Assembly: GCA_040905425.1 (NCBI GenBank)
Contig: JBBDRO010000069.1
Coordinates: forward strand, 1-23,605
Length of the DNA: 23,605 bases
Reading direction: 5' to 3'
Source: Gemmatimonadota bacterium
GTDB taxonomy: Bacteria; Gemmatimonadota; Gemmatimonadetes; Longimicrobiales; RSA9
Positions 17,688-23,605 of the stretch are shown piece by piece. The translations under genes were made by a program, and so were the position numbers. Under the pieces are notes generated by a model that was not told where the DNA came from, did no database searches, and saw only the letters and a program-made list of their open reading frames with translations. Every line of letters starts with the position of its first letter. The stretch's first letter is position 1.

Positions 17688-17742
17688 GGCCGACCGATCG
17701 AGGGCCGCGCGCGCCGACGCGGACGGGTGAGGGCCGACCGCC

Positions 17743-18165
17743 TCAGCGTTGCGCGCTCGGACGTGCCCGGGTTGCCACGAAGCCGCCTACCACCAGGAAG
17801 AGCGCCGCCAGCATCCAGAGCAGCCAGCGGGGCGTGCCGCGCGCATACATGATGAGCCAGCTGGCGGCCAGGAAGGCCACGGCCAGCGCCTTGGCGCGCG
17901 TGGCGACGGCGCGCTCCTCCCGCCAGTCCGCCAGCGCGGGCCCCAGGCGAGGATGCTCGTGCAGCCAGTCGTGCACGCGCCGGGAGCCCTTGTTGGCCGC
18001 CCACGCCGCCAGCAGCACGAAGGGCGTGGTGGGGAGCCCCGGCACCGCCAGCCCCAGCAGCGCCAGCCCCACGAAGAGGTAGGCCAGCACGGCAAAGAAC
18101 CAGCGCTGCGCCCGGGGGCGCTCGCCCTCCACCGACTCCGGCTCCCGCTGTCCGCTGCGCGCCAC
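17743..18165 (-). CDS. ybaN: YbaN (DUF454) family inner-membrane protein
   Basis: PGLPTTPFVLLAA...S.R.HDWL..HPRLGP....W...RAV...AK family signature. Confidence 0.88.
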   Translation of the reverse strand: MARSGQREPESVEGERPRAQRWFFAVLAYLFVGLALLGLAVPGLPTTPFVLLAAWAANKGSRRVHDWLHEHPRLGPALADWREERAVATRAKALAVAFLAASWLIMYARGTPRWLLWMLAALFLVVGGFVATRARPSAQR

Positions 18166-18274
18166 GGCCTGGCCTTTGCTGCCGGTCCCCTTCCATGATC
18201 ACGGTCTGACAAGGTGGGCGGTGGCGGCACCCCTGCAAAGTGCCGCGCCCCCGTCACTCTGCTAGGGAGGAACA

Positions 18275-19141
18275 TTGCGCGTCCGCACGTTCGGTGGTGT
18301 CATCCTCCTGCTTCCCCTGCTCGCGCTGCCGGGTTGCAGGCTGGAGAGCACGGCCGACGACCCGGCCACCGACGCATCGGACCCGAGTGCCCGGCCCGAC
18401 CCGGGCGCCGCGCATGTGGCGGCGCTGGCCACCACGCTGGAGCGCGCCGCCGAGCTGGCCGACTCCGTGGAGGACCTGCTGCGGCCCGTGCCCCTCATGC
18501 GGCCCGCCGACGAGGAGGCGCTCCGCCGCTACCTGAACGCCAGCCACGTGACGCGCGCCCGGCAACTGGGCATCCGTGTCCGGGACGCCGAGCACATCAA
18601 CTCACTCGTGGCCGCCGGTGATCTGGTGGCGCTCGCGGACAGCACGCCGCACTGGATCGTGCAGCGGGCCAGCTCCAACAGCTACGTGGTGCCGCACATG
18701 CACGCGCTGCTGGAGGAACTCGGCAAGCGCTTCCAGGACCGGCTGGAACAGATGGGGATCCCGCCCTACCGCCTCGAGATCACGAGCACCCTGCGCACGG
18801 CCGCGCAGCAGGCGCGGCTGCGGAGGGGCAATCCGAACGCCGCCGCGGGCGCGAGCTCCCACGAGTTCGGCACCACGGTGGACCTCTCCTACGCGGCCTT
18901 CGCGCCGCCGCACGATCTCCCCGAGCCGCTCCGGGTGGACGCCCCCGAGGGCATGGGCCCCTATCTGGCCCGGGCGGCGGCGGTGACGCTGGAATCGGTG
19001 TCCGCGCGCAAGTCGCTGGAGCTCAGGGCCATCCTGGGTGAGGTGCTCCGGCAGGCTCAGGCCGACGGCATCGTGCTGGTCATCTTCGAGCGCTTACAGC
19101 CCGTCTATCACATCACCGTGGCCCGCCCGCTGGCGGGCTGA
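18275..19141 (+). CDS. DUF5715-like lipoprotein, putative M15/LAS-type zinc peptidase
   Basis: TTG start after AGGGAGG. Lipobox LPGC. Motifs STLRT...Q..LRRGNPNAA...SSHEFGTTVD and ERLQPVYH. Confidence 0.78.
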   Translation: MRVRTFGGVILLLPLLALPGCRLESTADDPATDASDPSARPDPGAAHVAALATTLERAAELADSVEDLLRPVPLMRPADEEALRRYLNASHVTRARQLGIRVRDAEHINSLVAAGDLVALADSTPHWIVQRASSNSYVVPHMHALLEELGKRFQDRLEQMGIPPYRLEITSTLRTAAQQARLRRGNPNAAAGASSHEFGTTVDLSYAAFAPPHDLPEPLRVDAPEGMGPYLARAAAVTLESVSARKSLELRAILGEVLRQAQADGIVLVIFERLQPVYHITVARPLAG

Positions 19142-19157
19142 AACCGGAGGTCTTCCC

Positions 19158-19943
19158 ATGCGCAGTGCCGCGCACCTGCAGTCGCACCCACTCCACCCCA
19201 TGCTGGTGGGCTTCCCGATCGCCTTCTTCCTGGGCGCGCTCCTCTTCGACGCCGCCGGCGTCCTGCTCGGCCGCCCGCCACTCTGGACCACGGGCGGCTA
19301 CCTGGCCGCGCTCGGCGTGCTGAGCGCGCTCGCCGCCGCGGTGCCCGGCGTGATCGACTACGTGCGCACGGTGCCGCCGAAGAGCTCGGGAAAGCAGCGC
19401 GCCCGGCGCCACGGCATCGTGAACGTGAGCGCCACCGTGCTGCTGGCCGTCTCCTGGCTGCTGCGCGACGGCGTGGCCACCGAGCCTGGCCTGGTGGTGC
19501 TGGCGCTCGAGCTGGGCGCCGTGGCGCTCCTCTCCATGGGCGGCTGGATGGGCGGCACGCTGGTCTACCGCAACCAGATCGGCGTGGACCACCGCTACGC
19601 CGGCGCGGGCAAGTGGTCGGAGTTGCGCACGGACGCCGCGGGCCCCGTGGAGGCGGCGCGCGCCGACGAACTGGCGGTGGACCAGATGAAGCTGATCGTG
19701 GCCGGCGAGCAGCGGGTGGTCCTGGCACGCACCGAGGAGGGCTACGTGGCGTTCGACGACCGCTGCCCGCACCGGGGCGGCTCGCTGGCCGGCGGCAGCA
19801 TGATGTGCGGGCGCGTGCAGTGCCCCTGGCACGGCTCGCAGTTCGAGGTGGCCAGCGGGGCCGTGCGCGCGGGGCCGGCGGAGGACGCCATACCCACCTA
19901 TACCGTGGAGGAGCGCGACGGCTCCGTCTTCGTCACTCTTTAG
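19158..19943 (+). CDS. DUF2231 membrane domain fused to Rieske [2Fe-2S] ferredoxin
   Basis: ATG 19158 follows GGAGG. N-terminal HPLHPMLVGFPIAF with ~4 TM helices, RHG and GGWMGGTLVY. C-terminal CPHRGG...CPWHGSQF. Confidence 0.9.
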   Translation: MRSAAHLQSHPLHPMLVGFPIAFFLGALLFDAAGVLLGRPPLWTTGGYLAALGVLSALAAAVPGVIDYVRTVPPKSSGKQRARRHGIVNVSATVLLAVSWLLRDGVATEPGLVVLALELGAVALLSMGGWMGGTLVYRNQIGVDHRYAGAGKWSELRTDAAGPVEAARADELAVDQMKLIVAGEQRVVLARTEEGYVAFDDRCPHRGGSLAGGSMMCGRVQCPWHGSQFEVASGAVRAGPAEDAIPTYTVEERDGSVFVTL

Positions 19944-20073
19944 CGCGACGCGCCGCCCGGCGGACGCCTGGTGAAGGCGGACCCGGCGTCCGGCCGGGCG
20001 CGGCCATCTTGCCAGGCCCGCCCCCCGCGTGCCACTCTAGGAGGCACCTGCCAACCCCATCCGAGGCACCTCC

Positions 20074-21786
20074 ATGCATCCACGCGTCCGCCCACTCAAC
20101 CGGCTGGCCCCCCTCATGTGCGTTCTCATGATTCTACCCGCGGGCGCCGCCGCGCAGGAAGCGCCGCGCGCCACCACGCTGGCCGGCCGCTCCGCCGTCT
20201 ACGCGCCGAACGGCGCCATTGCCACCAGCCAGACGCTGGCCAGCGCGGCCGGCCTGGAGGTGCTGCAGAAGGGCGGCAACGCCTTCGACGCCGCCGTGGC
20301 CGCGGCCGCCGTGCTGAACGTGGTGGAGCCGCACATGACGGGCATCGGCGGGGACATGTTCGCCCTCGTCTGGTCGGCGGAGGATCAGCGCCTCTACGGG
20401 CTGAACGCCAGCGGCCGCTCGGGCGCGCTCATGACGCGCGCGGAGCTGGTGCGCCGCGAGCGCCGCGGCATCGGCGGCGTGGAGGCCGTGACCGTGCCCG
20501 GTGCCGTCTCCGGCTGGCACGCCCTGCTCGAGCGCTTCGGCACCCGCACGCTCGCCGAGGTGCTGCAGCCGGCCATCCGCACGGCGCGCGACGGCTTTCC
20601 CGTCTCCCCCATCATCGCCGGCCAGTGGGCCAACCTGGAGAACAAGCTGCGCAGGAACGACGCGGCCGCCGCCACCTTCCTGGTCGACGGCGAGCGCGCC
20701 CCCCGCGCCGGCGAGTGGTTCACCAACCCGGACCTGGCGGAGACCTTCCGCCAGCTGGCGCTGCACGGCCCCGACCACCTCTACGGCGGCCCCCTCGGCG
20801 AGCGCGTCGCGGCGCACGTCCAGGAACTGGGCGGCTTCCTCACCCCCGCGGACTTCGCCACCCACAAGCCGTTCTGGGTGGAGCCCATCTCCGTGCCCTA
20901 CCGGGGCTACCGCCTGTGGGAGCTGCCGCCCAACAACCAGGGCATCGCGGCGCTGGAGATGCTGCGCATCCTGGAGGACTACGACCTGGCGGCCATGGGC
21001 CACAACAGCGCCGCGTACCTGCACCACCTGATCGAGGCCAAGAAGCTGGCTTACGCGGATCTGAACCGCTACGTGGCCGATCCGGCGCATCTGGACATCG
21101 ATCCGCTCACTCTTCTAAGCGACGACTTCATCCGCACGCGCCGCGCGCTGCTCGACCCGCGCGGCGCCGCTGAGCGCGTGGATCCCGGGGACGCCTTCAC
21201 GGCCACGGAGACCATCTACCTGAGCGTCTCCGACGCTCAGGGCAACATGGTCTCCTTCATCAACAGCGTCTTCGACTACTTCGGCTCGGGCGTGGTGGTA
21301 CCGGGCACGGGGATGATCATGCAGGACCGCGGCAGCGGCTTCACCATGCGGGAGGACATGCCCAACACCGTGGCCCCCGGCAAGCTGCCCTTCCACACAC
21401 TGGTGCCGGCCTTCGTGACGCGCACGAGCAATCCGGAGGGCGCCTCCACGGAGAGCGCCGGCGAGGAGCCGTGGCTGGCCTTCGGCGTCATGGGCGGCGC
21501 CATGCAGCCGCAGGGCCACGTGCAGGTGCTGCTCAACCTGCTGGTCTTCGGCATGGACGTCCAGGAAGCCATCGACGCGCCGCGCTTCCGCCACATGTCG
21601 GGGCTGCGCGTGGGGCTGGAGACGCCCATCGGCGACGAGGTGCGCGCCGCGCTCGAGGCGCTGGGCCACGAGCTGGCCGACGAAGCCAACATTGCCTTCG
21701 GGGGCGCGCAGGCGGTCATGAAGCTGGAGCGCGGCTGGGCGGCGGGCAGCGACCCGCGCAAGGACGGCAGCGCCATCGGGCACTGA
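20074..21786 (+). CDS. ggt: Gamma-glutamyltransferase (secreted)
   Basis: Signal peptide. Motifs GGNAFDAAVA, VVEPHMTGIGGDMF, TVPGAV, ELPPNNQG, catalytic T in ETIYLSVSD, PGKLPFHT, GVMGG, DPRKDG. Confidence 0.95.
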   Translation: MHPRVRPLNRLAPLMCVLMILPAGAAAQEAPRATTLAGRSAVYAPNGAIATSQTLASAAGLEVLQKGGNAFDAAVAAAAVLNVVEPHMTGIGGDMFALVWSAEDQRLYGLNASGRSGALMTRAELVRRERRGIGGVEAVTVPGAVSGWHALLERFGTRTLAEVLQPAIRTARDGFPVSPIIAGQWANLENKLRRNDAAAATFLVDGERAPRAGEWFTNPDLAETFRQLALHGPDHLYGGPLGERVAAHVQELGGFLTPADFATHKPFWVEPISVPYRGYRLWELPPNNQGIAALEMLRILEDYDLAAMGHNSAAYLHHLIEAKKLAYADLNRYVADPAHLDIDPLTLLSDDFIRTRRALLDPRGAAERVDPGDAFTATETIYLSVSDAQGNMVSFINSVFDYFGSGVVVPGTGMIMQDRGSGFTMREDMPNTVAPGKLPFHTLVPAFVTRTSNPEGASTESAGEEPWLAFGVMGGAMQPQGHVQVLLNLLVFGMDVQEAIDAPRFRHMSGLRVGLETPIGDEVRAALEALGHELADEANIAFGGAQAVMKLERGWAAGSDPRKDGSAIGH

Positions 21787-21788
21787 AG

Positions 21789-21849
21789 GGGGGAGCGCCA
21801 CCCGCGCCGGAGGAGCGCTACACGAACCGGGGGGAGCGTTATCCGCGAC
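21789..21849. repeat. Three degenerate ~20-bp tandem repeats
   Basis: gggggagcgccacccgcgcc / ggaggagcgctacacgaacc / gggggagcgttatccgcgac between convergent genes. Confidence 0.5.
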
Positions 21850-23605
21850 CCGTCAGTCGCTCCAGCGCCGCGCGCGCCTGCTCCGCCCGCGCGGCGAAGA
21901 CGCCCTCACCGCGCTCGATCCAGCTGAGGTACTCGGCCCACGCCCGGATGGCCTCGTCCCGGTGCCCCAGCTGCTCGGCCAGACGCGCCTGCTCCCCTTC
22001 GAGTTGCGTGTGCCACCTGCCGAAATCCGGCAGGTGCACACGGCGCCGGGCGGCCTCCAGCGCCCGCTCCGGCTGGCCGAGCCGCTCCCATAGATCGATG
22101 GAAGCCAGGTCGTAGACCGCATAGAGGATCGGCGGCCGGGGCGCGCCGGCGCCGAGCGCCTCGTGGAGGTCCTCCATGCGTTGCTGCGCGTCCGGTGCCG
22201 CACGGTGGACCGCGGCGCCGGCACGCAGAAATTCGGCGCACACCTGGTCGAACGCGTTCCACCACGGGGAGCGGTCGGGGCGGACTGCCTGCTCCAGGCC
22301 CGCCGCCAGTGCCTCCGCTGTCGCAGCATCCCCCTCGGCCACGCTGAGGTGCCCGAGCACGCATTCGTTGATCGTGGCCGCCCGGGGGCCGGGCGCGGCG
22401 GGGGGGGCGGCGGCGCGCGCCGCCGCGGCAGTGCGCTCGACTTGCGGCGCCGCCCGGCGCGCGGCCTCCAGATCCCGGAGCCAGTAGATCGCATCCGTGA
22501 GCCGCGGCGCATCGCCCTCGCCGCCCGCAGCCTCGAAGACCTCTCTGGCCTCATCCACCAACGTGATACGACCGAGCCGGGTGCCCAGGAACGCCATTCC
22601 TTCCGCCACCCGCACGCGCTCCTCCTCGGTCACCGCCCGGTCGAGCTGACCGAGAAGCGCCGTGACGAACGCCTCCTCCGGCACTTCCTCCCAGCCCACG
22701 GTGGCGGCCGTCACCAGATGCAGGTATTCCAGGGTGTCGGGATCCAGCGGTGCGCCCGTGCGAGCGCCCGCCCGGCCCTGTGCGCGCGTGTGGCGGACCG
22801 CCGTGGCCATGGTCCCCGTGGAGTCCACGGCCATCAACAGATCCCCATAGCGCCGCACGCCCGCCGTGTCGCGGGCCATGTGCGCCAGCGAGAGCAGGTG
22901 AGCCAGCGGCTCCACATAGGTGGAGTCCATCTCGACGGTGCGCTCGAAGTAGCGCCGGGCCGTCTCGTACGGGTCAGGGATGCCGACCGCCTGGCCCCAA
23001 TGGAGCACGCCGTCTCCGGCCAGATACTGCAGTTCCGCCAGGTCGGGCATACGCTGCGCCGCCTGGATGCGCCGTTCCACCAGATCCCGGTAGAATTCCG
23101 GCCCTTCGTCCCCCAGGAACGCTTCGAAGAAAAGCCGGTCAGGCTCGCTCAGACGGTCCAGACCGCGCCGCACGATGGCCTCCGCCCGGGTCCCGTTGTC
23201 GCTACGCAGACCCACGGCCCAGCCGCGGGCGCGGATGAGCCCCAGCGCGGCCAGCGCGAAGGTGGAATCCAGCGTGACGGCGCGGTCATAGGCGCGCACC
23301 GCCCCATCGTGATCCGCGCGCCGGAAGGCCTGCTCGCCCTCCAGGAAGGCGCGCAGCGCCGGCATCGAGGCGGTGGTGAGGCTGGCCAGCCGGTCCTCCC
23401 GGAGGCCCGACTCCGCCGCCACCAGGCGGGCAGCGATGCGGTCCACCAGATCGTGGAGGCTGTCCGGATGGGCGGGCAGTTCCGCCGTGTCCAGCCGGTA
23501 GCCGGTGCGCACGTCGAAGAGTCGGGCGGTGACCGTGAAGCCGCCGGGCGTGCCCACCAGTTCACCCTCCAGCAGAAGGCCCGCGCCGAAGCTGGTGGCC
23601 AGGCC
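21839..23605 (-). CDS. TPR-rich protein, C-terminal part (TolB-N-like + TPR module typical of Ser/Thr kinase or SARP/BTAD proteins); 5' end outside window
   Basis: The frame is open to the window edge (GLATSFGAGLLLEGELVG...VTARLFDV). 'LTTASMPALRAFLEGEQAFR...AVRAYDRAVTLDSTFALA' and further TPR-like helices follow. Confidence 0.75.
   Translation of the reverse strand, partial: GLATSFGAGLLLEGELVGTPGGFTVTARLFDVRTGYRLDTAELPAHPDSLHDLVDRIAARLVAAESGLREDRLASLTTASMPALRAFLEGEQAFRRADHDGAVRAYDRAVTLDSTFALAALGLIRARGWAVGLRSDNGTRAEAIVRRGLDRLSEPDRLFFEAFLGDEGPEFYRDLVERRIQAAQRMPDLAELQYLAGDGVLHWGQAVGIPDPYETARRYFERTVEMDSTYVEPLAHLLSLAHMARDTAGVRRYGDLLMAVDSTGTMATAVRHTRAQGRAGARTGAPLDPDTLEYLHLVTAATVGWEEVPEEAFVTALLGQLDRAVTEEERVRVAEGMAFLGTRLGRITLVDEAREVFEAAGGEGDAPRLTDAIYWLRDLEAARRAAPQVERTAAAARAAAPPAAPGPRAATINECVLGHLSVAEGDAATAEALAAGLEQAVRPDRSPWWNAFDQVCAEFLRAGAAVHRAAPDAQQRMEDLHEALGAGAPRPPILYAVYDLASIDLWERLGQPERALEAARRRVHLPDFGRWHTQLEGEQARLAEQLGHRDEAIRAWAEYLSWIERGEGVFAARAEQARAALERLTGRG

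Noticed and set aside
17686..17740. 11-bp direct repeat agggccgaccg flanking a short intergenic spacer
   Set aside because: Only two GC-rich copies with no associated mobile-element features. Too weak to call a target-site scar or CRISPR.
18221..18237. Possible sigma-54 promoter (tggcggcacccctgca)
   Set aside because: The GG-N10-GC spacing fits but the TGGCAC and TTGC consensus is poorly matched, and no enhancer-binding protein is nearby.
20009..20071. TTGCCA-18bp-CACTCT promoter-like sequence and duplicated gaggcacct upstream of ggt
   Set aside because: Plausible but ordinary, and unverifiable from sequence alone.
1..23605. CRISPR arrays, tRNA/rRNA genes, riboswitches, defence systems
   Set aside because: I saw no regularly spaced repeats, cloverleafs or recognisable riboswitch cores in the short intergenic regions. 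An Infernal/Rfam scan would be needed to exclude them formally.

Overview
Very GC-rich bacterial chromosomal window. The mix of secreted peptidases, lipoproteins and a TolB/TPR module resembles Gemmatimonadota, but that taxonomy is inference. It opens with the 3' end of an ISL3-family IS that appears to have inserted into a membrane-protein gene. An ~8.5 kb minus-strand run follows in transcription order: thioredoxin-like protein, cupin, a decayed vapC (PIN toxin) relic, a signal peptide + beta-propeller + M55 D-aminopeptidase fusion, a secreted M14 zinc carboxypeptidase, a translationally coupled soluble dual-GAF kinase/NarL-type regulator pair, and a 52-aa small ORF. Next come a lipoprotein metallophosphoesterase coupled to a putative small beta-barrel, an RCK-gated K+ channel and an alkaline-phosphatase-superfamily lipoprotein. 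An Ig-like lipoprotein with a His/Met/Gly-rich loop is divergent from an orphan CusR/CzcR-like regulator, with phased repeats between them. The window ends with an RlmI-like methyltransferase, YbaN, a DUF5715 lipoprotein, a DUF2231-Rieske fusion, ggt and a partial TPR protein. The best candidates for an undescribed system are (1) the propeller-M55/M14/two-component peptide-processing unit and (2) the His/Met-loop Ig lipoprotein with its divergent regulator, a putative copper/heavy-metal module. All family calls come from motif recognition by eye; no searches were run.
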